Assembly (NCBI GenBank): GCA_030041385.1
Contig: JASHNY010000203.1
Coordinates: forward strand, 4,458 to 68,457
Direction of reading: 5' to 3'
Origin: Alphaproteobacteria bacterium
GTDB taxonomy: Bacteria; Pseudomonadota; Alphaproteobacteria; ATCC43930; CGMCC-115725
Length of the DNA stretch: 64,000 nt
Shown here piece after piece: positions 27,861 through 37,396 of the stretch (position 1 is its first letter; the number at the start of each line of letters is the position of its first letter). A program made the position numbers and the translations under genes. The notes under the pieces were generated by a model. It made no database searches and had not been told where the DNA came from. It worked only from the letters and a program-made list of their open reading frames with translations.

Positions 27861-30800
27861 ATGAGGGCGGCGACGGGAATGGCGTCGGCCCCGCGCGATG
27901 CCGCGACCGCGGACATCGTCGGTTTCGCCGGCGCCGCGCGGCGAGCCCCGGATCCCGCGCCGGCGATCGTCGGCGGCATCGATGGGTTGATCGGTACGAC
28001 GGTATTCGGCTGGGCCTACGATTCCGCACATCCTGGCCGGCGCGTGGGTATCGCCGTCTATGTCGGCGAGCGGCTCGTCGGCGAGACGGTTGCCAACGGC
28101 CTGCGCCGCGAACGGGTCGGAGTCTCGCAGCACGACGGCTATTGCGGGTTCGCCTGCCAGATCCCGCCGCAAGAGTTCGTTGCCGGCGGGGCGATCCGGA
28201 TCTTTGCCGAGCGCGCGGAGCTGACCGAGGCGCCGCTGCTGCTCGGGCCGGAATGGCTCGACGGGTTTTTCGAGCCGATCGTGCGCGGCGTCGCCCGCGG
28301 CTGGGCGCGCGAACGGGTGCGCGAGCCGGCCCGCGCACGGCTCGACCTGGTCATCGACAGCAGGCGCTCGCATTCCCTGATTGCCGACGCTTTGCGCGAC
28401 GAACTGAGCGCGCAAGGGGTCGGCGACGGGCGGTTCGGGTTTGCCGAAGCGCTGCCGTCGCTGTGCTTCGACGGCGAGGAGCACCGGATCGAGTTGCGCC
28501 ACAGCCGCACCGGGGTGTCGCTAGCGCCAGGCCCGCGCCCTTTCCAGGCGAGCTTCGCCGGCGCGGTCGAGCGGCTCGACCACAATGGCGGGGCAGGGTG
28601 GGTCTTCTGCCGCGAGGTGCCCGACCGGCCGGTGACCCTCGACATCCGCATCAACGGCGAGCGCATCCGCACGGTTGCCGACCTTCCGCGCACCGATATC
28701 CGCGGCCTGCACGGCGTCGAGCGGTGCGGGTTCGAATTCGCCATCCCGGCGGCCTTGCCCCGCGATGCCGAGATCACCGTTGACCTCTTCGTCGCCGGCA
28801 CGGCAAACCCGGCGATCGCGGGTCCGTTCCGGTTCACCCCGCTGGCGCGGGTGATTGCCCAGCTCGAAGGCCTGGCCGCGGCCGAGCGCCGCGACAGCGG
28901 GCCGCAATCGCCGCTCGGCAGCACGATCGTCCCGGCCCTGGTGGCGTCGCTGCGCGCCGGCTACCAGGGCACCCGCCTCAACCTCGACCTGGATCTCGCG
29001 CTATTCCGCGGCCCGGACGCGGCGGTGGATACGGTCGTCGATGTCGTGATCCCGGTCTATCGCGGGCTCGACGAGACGGTTGCCTGCATCCGGTCGGTCA
29101 TCGGCTCGGTCAATGCCACGCGCAGTCAGATCGTCGTCGTCAACGATGCCAGCCCCGACCCGCTGCTGGCCGCGGCGCTGGCCGAGTTTGTCCGAAACGG
29201 CGCAATAACGCTGGTTACCCTTGCCGAGAATGGCGGGTTCCCGGCGGCGGCCAATGCCGGGATCGCGCTGCATCCCGATCGCGACGTGATCCTGCTTAAC
29301 GCCGATACCCTCGTTCCCGACGGCTGGATCGACAGGCTGCGGGCGGCCGCCTGCCGTTCCGACGCGACGGGGTCGGCGACCCCGTTTTCCAACCGCGCGA
29401 CAATCTGTTCCTACCCGCGGATCAACCAGGATAACGACCTGCCCGACGATCTCGACTGGGCCGAACTGGACCGCCTCTGTGCGCGCGCCAACGAAGGGCT
29501 GACGGTCGACATCCCGACCGCAGTCGGGTTCTGCGCGTACCTGAAGCGGGCGATGCTGCGCGAGGTCGGGCCGCTGAACGCGGAGCGCTGGGGCAGGGGC
29601 TACGGCGAGGAAAACGAGCTGTGCATTCTGGCGGCCGCGCGCGGCTGGAAGCATGTGCTCGCGGCCGATTTGTTCGTCGTTCATCATGGTGCGGTATCGT
29701 TCGGTCCCGGCCAGCGTGCCGAGTTGCTCACCGCCAATCTCGGCACATTGAACACCCTCTATCCCGACTATTTCCCGCGCATCATGGCATTCCTGCGCGA
29801 CGACCCGCCGGCCGCGGCGCGGCGGGCGGTCGACTGGGCGCGGCTGGCTCGGCTCGGCGGCCGGTTCATGCTGCTGGTCACGCACCGGCTCGGCGGCGGC
29901 ACCGCAATCCATGTCGATGCCATGGCGCAGCAGTTGGAGCGACAGGGCCATGAGGTTCTGGTGCTCGAAGCCAACAGCGATGCCGAAGGGCGGGTCTGGC
30001 TGCGCAACCACCGGCTCGGTACGGCGAGCGTCTACGCCCTGCCCGGGGAGTTTGACGCGCTGGTGACGGATCTGCGGCACTGCGGCGTCTGGCACATCCA
30101 TTTTCACCAGATCATGGGCGGCGCCGGATGGGCGTCGCTACCGCAGCGGCTTGGCTGCCACTACGACGTGACCGTGCACGATTATTCGCCATTCTGCCCG
30201 CGTGTCGATCTGATCGATGAAAACCGGCGCTATTGCGGTGAACCTCCTGCGTCGGTATGCGAGCGCTGCATTGCCCTCAACCTGCCGGCACCGGAGTGGC
30301 AGCGCAGCTACCGCAGCCTTGGCGGCCTCGGCGGATGGCTGCAATTTCACGCCGGCTTCCTGTCAGGGGCGCGGCGGGTTTTCGTTCCCAGCCTGGACGC
30401 GAAAGAGCGGATTGCACGCCGCTTTCCGAACGCCCGGTACGAGGTCAAGCCCCATCCCGAAGCGACGCAAGTGGTGACGATTCGCCGCCCCGACCCCGGA
30501 ACCACTGCGCGTGTCGCCGTGATCGGGGCGATCGGTGCGAACAAGGGCTACGACCTGCTGCTCGGCTGCGCCCAGGATGCGCTGAAGCGGGAATTGCCGC
30601 TGGAGTTCCGGCTGTTCGGCTACACCGCCGACGACACGCCGTTTCGCCGCGTGGCGAATGTGCGCATGACCGGCGAATACGCCCACGCGGCGCTGCCCCG
30701 GCTGCTCCAGGAACATCCTTGCGACATCGCCCTGTTCCTCAGCATCTGGCCCGAGACCTACTGCTATGCGCTGTCGGATGCGTATGCCGCTGGGCTCTAC

Positions 30801-31004
30801 CCGGTCGCGGTCGCCTTCGGCGCCTTGCGCGAGCGCATCGAGGCAACGGGAGTAGGCTCGGTGATCTCGCCGGCGAGCACGCCGGCGGAGATCAATACCG
30901 CAATCCTGCGCGAGGTGGAGCGGGCGGGCCAATGGCCCGCGACAATCGCTTTTGGCAGCAGTTTTGAGGACCTTCTCGGGGACTATTACGATCTCGCAAT
31001 ATAA
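27861..31004 (+). CDS. 1047-aa multidomain glycosyltransferase: three N-terminal repeat modules, a GT-A (family 2) domain and a GT-B-like C-terminal domain
   Basis: GT2 core VVDVVIPVYRGLDET...VVVNDASPD...LLNADTLV starts near nt 29035. GT-B-like part LLVTHRLGGGTAIHV...VAVIGAIGANKGYDLL...WPETYCYALSDAYAAGLYPV. Confidence 0.85.
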   Translation: MRAATGMASAPRDAATADIVGFAGAARRAPDPAPAIVGGIDGLIGTTVFGWAYDSAHPGRRVGIAVYVGERLVGETVANGLRRERVGVSQHDGYCGFACQIPPQEFVAGGAIRIFAERAELTEAPLLLGPEWLDGFFEPIVRGVARGWARERVREPARARLDLVIDSRRSHSLIADALRDELSAQGVGDGRFGFAEALPSLCFDGEEHRIELRHSRTGVSLAPGPRPFQASFAGAVERLDHNGGAGWVFCREVPDRPVTLDIRINGERIRTVADLPRTDIRGLHGVERCGFEFAIPAALPRDAEITVDLFVAGTANPAIAGPFRFTPLARVIAQLEGLAAAERRDSGPQSPLGSTIVPALVASLRAGYQGTRLNLDLDLALFRGPDAAVDTVVDVVIPVYRGLDETVACIRSVIGSVNATRSQIVVVNDASPDPLLAAALAEFVRNGAITLVTLAENGGFPAAANAGIALHPDRDVILLNADTLVPDGWIDRLRAAACRSDATGSATPFSNRATICSYPRINQDNDLPDDLDWAELDRLCARANEGLTVDIPTAVGFCAYLKRAMLREVGPLNAERWGRGYGEENELCILAAARGWKHVLAADLFVVHHGAVSFGPGQRAELLTANLGTLNTLYPDYFPRIMAFLRDDPPAAARRAVDWARLARLGGRFMLLVTHRLGGGTAIHVDAMAQQLERQGHEVLVLEANSDAEGRVWLRNHRLGTASVYALPGEFDALVTDLRHCGVWHIHFHQIMGGAGWASLPQRLGCHYDVTVHDYSPFCPRVDLIDENRRYCGEPPASVCERCIALNLPAPEWQRSYRSLGGLGGWLQFHAGFLSGARRVFVPSLDAKERIARRFPNARYEVKPHPEATQVVTIRRPDPGTTARVAVIGAIGANKGYDLLLGCAQDALKRELPLEFRLFGYTADDTPFRRVANVRMTGEYAHAALPRLLQEHPCDIALFLSIWPETYCYALSDAYAAGLYPVAVAFGALRERIEATGVGSVISPASTPAEINTAILREVERAGQWPATIAFGSSFEDLLGDYYDLAI

Positions 31005-31283
31005 GCCCGCGAGGCGCGGCCCTTGCACCCGGCCGCGGCGCGCAAGCCGTCGCGCGTGAAAGTTCCGGGTCGAAAATTTATCCACTAAAAATAGCGGGTT
31101 AGAGATACAAACCGAGACCGCGGCTGAAACAACCTGTAACAGGTTTCCTCTCTTGCGTGCTGGACTCGTGCGGTGCACAACGTTAGAGTATGGTTAATCC
31201 GCCGTTAATAACGCACTCGGGGTTCCGGCTGTTGCCCGGAACCGTTCTGGTGCGGGCGGCGGTGCGGCTGGTTGGGATAGTCG

Positions 31284-32279
31284 ATGGGCACGATACCCGG
31301 TTGTCAGTACGATGTGTCGGTCATGTGCAGCACCGTCAACATCGTCAGGGTGCCGCCGTTTTCCAACCTTTCCGAAGCAAAGCCAGGGCACTTCAACCTT
31401 GAGGAGTATGTCGGCTCGCTGGCCAGTGCGCCGACTCTGGCTCCCGATTTTCAAGGCCTTGCGGTACTTAGTCCAAACGGCCTCGAGCTCGACCTGGTCA
31501 GCGGCGCCTACGCGGTGACGGATCGCGGCAGCGGCAGTGACACGGTCAGCGCCTACGGCAATGACGAAACCATCACCGGCAGCCACAGCGGCACCACGCT
31601 GAACCTGTACGGCAGTCACGACGTCGCCAATGGCAGCGGGCAGGACACGGTCGGCATCTACGGCAATTTCGACACGCTTTACGGCGGCGGCAACGACGCC
31701 GACACGATCACCGGCCAGGACGATGTCATTCATGCCGGAAACGGCAACGATACGATTACGGTCAACAATTCCGCGGACACGGTGATCGGCGGCAGCGGCA
31801 ACGACACTATTTCTGTCGCCGCGTCGGACGATTCGATCACCGCCGGCAGCGGCGGGACGGTCATCACGGTCAACGGCGATGCCAACACGGTTGCCGGCGG
31901 CAGTGGGAACGACACCATTTCAGTCACCGGCTCGGACGAAACCGTATTCACGGGCGCCGGCAGCGATTCGGTCAGCCTGTTCGGCGCCGACGATACCGTA
32001 ACCTCGGGCAGCCAGTCCGGAACGAACGCGGCGACGATCGATTTCGGCGGCAACGGGGAGACGCTCGTCGATGGGCCGCACGTCTACGCCGATACGGTGG
32101 TCGGGTTCAGCGAGGCTGCCGGCGACACGATCAAGCTGAACAGCAGCGATACGGCCTCCTACGCGCTCGCCCACTCGACGCTGGTCAATGGCGGCCAGGA
32201 TACGCTGATCACGCTCAACGACAGCTCGACGATCCTGCTGAAGGGCGTGACCCATATCAACGGCACGATGTTCCACTGA
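31284..32279 (+). CDS. RTX-like calcium-binding repeat protein (probable type I secretion substrate); start codon uncertain
   Basis: Repeated GGSGNDTIS / AGNGNDTIT / GGGNDADTIT nonapeptide-like units. The C-terminal DTIKLNSSD...TLITLNDSSTILLKGV is typical of such proteins. Alternative starts lie at 31323 and 31350. Confidence 0.7.
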   Translation: MGTIPGCQYDVSVMCSTVNIVRVPPFSNLSEAKPGHFNLEEYVGSLASAPTLAPDFQGLAVLSPNGLELDLVSGAYAVTDRGSGSDTVSAYGNDETITGSHSGTTLNLYGSHDVANGSGQDTVGIYGNFDTLYGGGNDADTITGQDDVIHAGNGNDTITVNNSADTVIGGSGNDTISVAASDDSITAGSGGTVITVNGDANTVAGGSGNDTISVTGSDETVFTGAGSDSVSLFGADDTVTSGSQSGTNAATIDFGGNGETLVDGPHVYADTVVGFSEAAGDTIKLNSSDTASYALAHSTLVNGGQDTLITLNDSSTILLKGVTHINGTMFH

Positions 32280-32281
32280 GG

Positions 32282-32302
32282 CGCGGCCGACCTCCGGCCG
32301 CG
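32282..32302 (+). terminator. GC hairpin immediately after the RTX-like gene (no U-tract)
   Basis: CGCGGCCG (32282-32289), loop ACCTC, CGGCCGCG (32295-32302): a perfect 8-bp stem 3 nt after the stop. Confidence 0.3.
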
Positions 32303-32400
32303 ATCGCCGGCACCGCAAGCACGGCAGACGCCGCGAGAAAAACGCAGAAGGGCGGGCATCTGGGTTTCGCGTAATCTGGCGCTCGGCAGACAGTGCGGAG

Positions 32401-32775
32401 TTGCCGATGGTCGAGCGCATCAGCGCGGTCACCCTCGCCACCCACGACATGGCGCGGGCCGTGCGGTTCTATCGCCTGCTGGGTCTGGGCCTCGCCTACG
32501 GCGGCGAGAATGCGGACTTTACCAGCTTTCGCCTTGGCGCCAATTTCCTCAACCTGATCGCCCAACCCGACAGCCGGCAGTGGTCGTGGTGGGGGCGCCT
32601 TATCCTTTACGATCGCGATGTGGATGGGCTCCATGCGCGGCTCGCCGCCGCCGGCTGCCGGCCCGATACGGAACCGCGCGATGCGCCCTGGGGCGAGCGT
32701 TTTTTCCACCTGACCGACCCCGACGGGCACGAGCTGAGCATCGCCTGGCCGCTTGAGACACCTGCGGACCGCTGA
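32401..32775 (+). CDS. VOC-family (glyoxalase/bleomycin resistance-like) protein
   Basis: ISAVTLATHDMARAVRFYRLLGL ... FFHLTDPDGHELSI is a typical VOC beta-alpha-beta-beta-beta module. Start is TTG 32401 or ATG 32407. Confidence 0.8.
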   Translation: MPMVERISAVTLATHDMARAVRFYRLLGLGLAYGGENADFTSFRLGANFLNLIAQPDSRQWSWWGRLILYDRDVDGLHARLAAAGCRPDTEPRDAPWGERFFHLTDPDGHELSIAWPLETPADR

Positions 32776-32776
32776 C

Positions 32777-33184
32777 CTAGCGGTGGCCGCCGCCGCCACC
32801 GCCACCGCCGCCACCGCCGTGAAAGCCCCCGCCGCCATGCATCTCGCCTCCATGAAACTCGCCGCCGTGGAAGCCGTGGTGAAATCCGTTGTGGAAGCCG
32901 CGGCCGGCAAAGAAGCCGAAACCAAGACCCACCCCGACCGGCACGCCATATCCGTAATAATCGTAGTAGGGATAGCCGTAATACGGGTATCCGTAATAAC
33001 TGTATGGTGCATAATATTGGTAATACCATGCGGCATAAGCTTGACAGTATTGATAATAATAAGGATTGCTGCAGTCGACATACGAGGGGACCTGCGCCCG
33101 GACCATCGTGGGTGCAAGCAGTGCGGCGGCGATGGCTGCGCTCGCGGCCACCGCGGCGGGCTTGACGCAACGCATAATCGGCAT
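32777..33184 (-). CDS. Small secreted Tyr/Gly/His-rich low-complexity protein (135 aa)
   Basis: ATG at 33184 after GGAGG. Signal peptide MPIMRCVKPAAVAASAAIAAALLAPTMVRA, then 22 Tyr in about 48 residues (PYYYQYCQAYAAWYYQYYAPYSYYGYPYYGYPYYDYYGYG), then GFHNGFHHGFHGGEFHGGEMHGGGGFHGGGGGGGGGGGHR. Confidence 0.6.
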   Translation of the reverse strand: MPIMRCVKPAAVAASAAIAAALLAPTMVRAQVPSYVDCSNPYYYQYCQAYAAWYYQYYAPYSYYGYPYYGYPYYDYYGYGVPVGVGLGFGFFAGRGFHNGFHHGFHGGEFHGGEMHGGGGFHGGGGGGGGGGGHR

Positions 33185-33423
33185 GGCAGCCTCCATTCCA
33201 ACCGTCCACATGAAGTATACGCCGTCGGTGCGTTTTGAAGGTGGCGCCACCATCAACTTCGCGTGACCCCTCGCGGGTTTTGCGGGGTGCGGCCGGTTCG
33301 GCGACACCTTCGGGCACTTGTGGCCGGCGCGCGGCCCTGGCGTCGCCAGGGTCGAGCCGGTCTTGCGGCATGAAAACGCCGCGGGCATGCTGATGGCTCG
33401 ATCGGGCGAGCGGAGACAAGGCG

Positions 33424-34968
33424 ATGAACGGCGCGGAAAGCCTGGTGCGAACGCTGGTGGGCGGCGGGGTCAATGTGTGCTTTGCCAATCCCGGTACGTC
33501 GGAGATGCATTTCGTCGCGGCGCTCGACCGGGTCGAGGGGATGCGCTGCGTATTGGGCCTGTTCGAAGGAGTGGTAACCGGCGCCGCCGACGGCTATTTC
33601 CGGATGACCGACAACCCGGCGGCAACGTTGCTGCATCTCGGCCCGGGCCTCGCCAACGGCCTCGCGAACATTCACAACGCCAACAAGGCGATGTCGGGGA
33701 TGGTCAACATCGTCGGCGACCATGCCACCTATCACCGGCAATACGATGCGCCGCTGACCTCGGATATCGAGGGGCTGGCCCGGCCGAACTCGCATTGGGT
33801 CAAGACCTCGCCGAGCGCAAAGACGGTCGCGGCAGACGGGGCGCTGGCGATCGCGGCGGCGCGGACCCGGCCGGGGCAGATCGCGACCTTGATCCTGCCT
33901 GCCGACACGGCGTGGAACGAGGGCACCGGCCCCGCCCCGGTCGCGCCCCAGGCCGCGCCCAAGGCGCCGTCGGCCGATGCGGTCGAGGCCGCGGCCCGCG
34001 TGCTGCGCTCGGGCGAGCCGACATTGATCCTCGTCACCGGCCGGGCGGTGCGCGAAGACGGGCTCGACCTTGCCGGCCGCATCGCCGCCAGATGTGAGGC
34101 GCGGCTGATGGCCCAAGGCTCGAACGCGCGCACCCAGCGCGGCCGTGGGCGGGTCGCAGTCGAGCGCATCCCCTATGTCGTCGATCAGGCGACGAAGGTG
34201 CTGGCCGGGCTCAAACACGTGATCCTGGTCGGGTCGAAGATGCCGGTGGCGTTTTTTGCCTACCCCGACAAGCCGAGCGTGCTGACCCCGGAAGGTTGCG
34301 AAGGCCATGTGCTGGCACGGCCTGACGAGGACGCGATCGCCGCGCTCGAGGCCTTGGCCGACGCGGTCGGCGCGCGCAATACGCCGTCGCCGGCGGTCAA
34401 TGGCAAGCCCGCGGGCCCGGCGACCGGGGCGATCACGTCGGACGCGCTCGGGGCCTCGCTCGGCGCGTTGTTGCCGGAGAACGCGATCGTCGCCGACGAG
34501 GCGGTGACGACCGGGCGCGGGTTTTTCGCGCCGACCCGCGCCGCCGCGCCGCACGACTGGCTCAGCAACATGGGCGGGTCGATCGGGCTCGGTCTGCCGC
34601 TGGCGACCGGCGCCGCGGTGGCCTGCCCCGACCGCAAGGTCGTCTGCCTCGAAGGCGACGGCAGCGGCATGTACACGGTGCAGGCCTTATGGACGCAGGC
34701 GCGCGAGGGCCTCGACGTGACGACCGTGCTGTTCTCCAACCGCTCCTACCAGATCCTAAAGGGCGAATTGGCCAATGTCGGGGCCGGCAACCCCGGGCGC
34801 AAGGCGCTCGACATGCTCGATCTCGGCCGCCCTGACATCGACTGGGTCGGCCTCGCCAAGAGCCTCGGCGTGCCGGGCGCGCGGGCGACGACGATGGAGG
34901 AATTCAACCGTCATTTCGCGGCGGGGCTCGCTGCGTCCGGCCCGTACCTAGTCGAGGTCGTGATCTGA
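33424..34968 (+). CDS. Thiamine pyrophosphate-dependent enzyme (acetolactate synthase large subunit-like)
   Basis: MNGAESLVRTLVGGGVNVCFANPGTSEMHF N-terminus and the TPP-binding motif GGSIGLGLPLATGAAVACPDRKVVCLEGDGSGMYT. Confidence 0.85.
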   Translation: MNGAESLVRTLVGGGVNVCFANPGTSEMHFVAALDRVEGMRCVLGLFEGVVTGAADGYFRMTDNPAATLLHLGPGLANGLANIHNANKAMSGMVNIVGDHATYHRQYDAPLTSDIEGLARPNSHWVKTSPSAKTVAADGALAIAAARTRPGQIATLILPADTAWNEGTGPAPVAPQAAPKAPSADAVEAAARVLRSGEPTLILVTGRAVREDGLDLAGRIAARCEARLMAQGSNARTQRGRGRVAVERIPYVVDQATKVLAGLKHVILVGSKMPVAFFAYPDKPSVLTPEGCEGHVLARPDEDAIAALEALADAVGARNTPSPAVNGKPAGPATGAITSDALGASLGALLPENAIVADEAVTTGRGFFAPTRAAAPHDWLSNMGGSIGLGLPLATGAAVACPDRKVVCLEGDGSGMYTVQALWTQAREGLDVTTVLFSNRSYQILKGELANVGAGNPGRKALDMLDLGRPDIDWVGLAKSLGVPGARATTMEEFNRHFAAGLAASGPYLVEVVI

Positions 34969-35067
34969 GCCGTTGATCGTCGTTACGACCCCGGGGCCGC
35001 CGCCGGAACCGTCCGGAGGCGGAGCGGTTGGTTTGCACGGGTGCCTTCCAACCGGGATGGAGCAACG

Positions 35068-37323
35068 ATGCAGCAGGCGGCTGACCGTACCATTGAAACG
35101 CGCAGCCGGCGTCGCACCGGCGTCGCGCCAATTCAGCGCGACGACCCGCAGATCGCCGAAATCGCCGAGGCGCGCCACGGGGACCCGTTCTCGTTTCTGG
35201 GTCCCCACCGCGTCGGCTCCGTGGTAGTCGCGCGGGCGATATTGCCCGATGCCGAGACCGTCGCGGTCGTCGATGCCGAGAGCGGAGCTGTCGTTGCCGA
35301 GGCCGAGCGGGTCCATCCCGATGGGGTCTTCGTCGCGGCAATCCCCGACGCGGCCGAGACCTTCCGCTATCGGCTGCGGGCGACGACCGCCGCCGGATCG
35401 CGCGAATTCGACGACATCTATCGCTTTTCGCCGGTGCTCGGCGAATTGGACATGCATCTTCTCGCCGAGGGCAATCATCGCGACAGCTACAGGAAGCTCG
35501 GCGGTCACGCGCTCGTTCATGACGGGGTTGCGGGCGTGTCGTTTGCGGTGTGGGCGCCCAATGCGCGGCGGGTCAGCGTCGTCGGCGACTTCAACGCCTG
35601 GGACGGCCGCCGCATGCCGATGCGCCGGCGCGACCCCGGCGGGTTCTGGGAGATTTTCGTTCCCGGCCTCGGCCCGGGCCACTGTTACAAATACGAAATT
35701 GTCGGCTATGACGGGCAGCTTCTGCCGCTGAAGGCCGACCCCTATGCCGCAGAGAGCGAGCATCCGCCGGCCACCGCCTCGATCGTGGCGGCGCCTTCCC
35801 GCCATGAGTGGCAGGACCACGCTTGGATGAAGGGGCGCGCACCGCGCAACGAGCGCGAGGCGCCGATCTCGATCTACGAGGTGCATCTCGGCTCGTGGCG
35901 GCGCAACCTGGGCGAGGGCGGGCGCTATCTCAGTTATTGCGAACTGGCCGAGCAGCTGGTGCCGTATGTCGCCGGGCTCGGCTTCACCCATATCGAATTG
36001 TTGCCGGTGACCGAGCACCCGTTCGACGGGTCATGGGGCTATCAGCCGATCGCCCTGTTTGCGCCGAGTTCCCGCTATGGCTCGCCTGACGATTTCCGCG
36101 CCTTTGTCGATGCCTGCCACCAGGCCGGGCTCGGTGTGTGGCTCGATTGGGTGCCCGGGCATTTCCCGACCGACGCGCACGGGCTCGGCCGCTTCGACGG
36201 CACCGCGCTCTATGAGCATGCCGACCCGCGCCAGGGCTTTCAGCGCGACTGGAACACGCTGGTCTTCAATTTCGGCCGCCGCGAGGTGGCGAATTTCCTG
36301 CTGTCGAGCGCACTATTCTGGCTGCGCGAGTACCATATCGACGGGCTCAGGGTGGATGCCGTCGCCTCGATGCTGTATCTCGACTACAGCCGCAACGCGG
36401 GCGAATGGATCCCCAACGCCTATGGCGGGCGCGAGAACCTCGAGGCGATCGCGTTTCTGCGGCGGATGAACGAACTGGTGTTCGGCGAGGCGAGCGGCGC
36501 GACGACCGCGGCCGAGGAATCGACAGCCTGGCCGATGGTGTCGCGGCCCGTCTATGTCGGCGGGCTCGGCTTTGGCTTCAAATGGAACATGGGGTGGATG
36601 CACGACACGTTGCGGTATATCTCGAAGGACCCGATCCACCGCAAATACCATCACAACGACCTGACCTTCGGGCTGCTGTATGCCTTTCACGAAAATTTCA
36701 TATTGCCGCTTTCCCATGACGAGATGGTGCACGGCAAAGGCTCGCTGCTGGGCCGGATGCCGGGCGACCGGTGGCAGCGCTTTGCCAATTTGAGGGCCTA
36801 TCTCGCCTTCATGTGGACACATCCGGGCAAGAAACTGCTGTTCATGGGCGCGGAATTCGCGCAAGAGCGCGAGTGGAACCACGATATCGGGCTCGACTGG
36901 CAATTGCTCGGCGACCCGTTCCATGCCGGGGTGCAGCGCCTGGTCGGCGACCTCAACCGTCTCTACCGCGGCACGTCCACCTTGCATCTGCTCGATTGCG
37001 AAAGCGATGGGTTCCGCTGGATCGATGCCGCAAACGGCAATGAAAGCGTTATCTCCTACCTGCGCCGCTCGCGCGATGCGGACGAGCTGGCGGTCGTCGT
37101 CGGCAATTTCACGCCGGTGCTGCGCGACGACTATCGCATCGGCGTACCGCTGCCGGGCGCCTACGCGGAGCGCATCAACACCGATGCCGAACCCTATGGC
37201 GGCAGCGGGGTCGGCAATCTCGGCATGGTCGAGGCCGAGCCGGAGCCGATGCACGGCCACCCGTACTCGCTGCGGCTGCGCCTGCCGCCGCTGGGTGTGC
37301 TCGTGTTCACGCGAGAGCGGTAA
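35068..37323 (+). CDS. glgB: 1,4-alpha-glucan branching enzyme
   Basis: ATG at 35068 after GGATGGAG. GH13 motifs [32 protein letters not shown] and [10 protein letters not shown]. Confidence 0.95.
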   Translation: MQQAADRTIETRSRRRTGVAPIQRDDPQIAEIAEARHGDPFSFLGPHRVGSVVVARAILPDAETVAVVDAESGAVVAEAERVHPDGVFVAAIPDAAETFRYRLRATTAAGSREFDDIYRFSPVLGELDMHLLAEGNHRDSYRKLGGHALVHDGVAGVSFAVWAPNARRVSVVGDFNAWDGRRMPMRRRDPGGFWEIFVPGLGPGHCYKYEIVGYDGQLLPLKADPYAAESEHPPATASIVAAPSRHEWQDHAWMKGRAPRNEREAPISIYEVHLGSWRRNLGEGGRYLSYCELAEQLVPYVAGLGFTHIELLPVTEHPFDGSWGYQPIALFAPSSRYGSPDDFRAFVDACHQAGLGVWLDWVPGHFPTDAHGLGRFDGTALYEHADPRQGFQRDWNTLVFNFGRREVANFLLSSALFWLREYHIDGLRVDAVASMLYLDYSRNAGEWIPNAYGGRENLEAIAFLRRMNELVFGEASGATTAAEESTAWPMVSRPVYVGGLGFGFKWNMGWMHDTLRYISKDPIHRKYHHNDLTFGLLYAFHENFILPLSHDEMVHGKGSLLGRMPGDRWQRFANLRAYLAFMWTHPGKKLLFMGAEFAQEREWNHDIGLDWQLLGDPFHAGVQRLVGDLNRLYRGTSTLHLLDCESDGFRWIDAANGNESVISYLRRSRDADELAVVVGNFTPVLRDDYRIGVPLPGAYAERINTDAEPYGGSGVGNLGMVEAEPEPMHGHPYSLRLRLPPLGVLVFTRER

Positions 37324-37396
37324 GGTGCAGCAGGCGAGGGGAGCGCGGGCGCCGCACCCGCGTGCGGCGATGGCCGCGATCGGTTAAGGGGCCCCG

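Noticed and set aside
25988-27979. 663-aa minus-strand ORF
   Set aside because: Shadow frame opposite the WbsX-like gene. Low-complexity Arg/Gly/Pro-rich translation with no recognisable domain.
26030-32279. Genomic island with mobility genes
   Set aside because: The flanks are AT-rich, but I find no integrase, transposase, tRNA attachment site or flanking direct repeats. I kept it only as a compositional observation.
32753-33238. 161-aa plus-strand ORF overlapping the Tyr-rich gene
   Set aside because: It has no ribosome-binding site and overlaps the VOC gene end, and its product has no signal or motif. The minus-strand frame has GGAGG, a signal peptide and coherent repeats.
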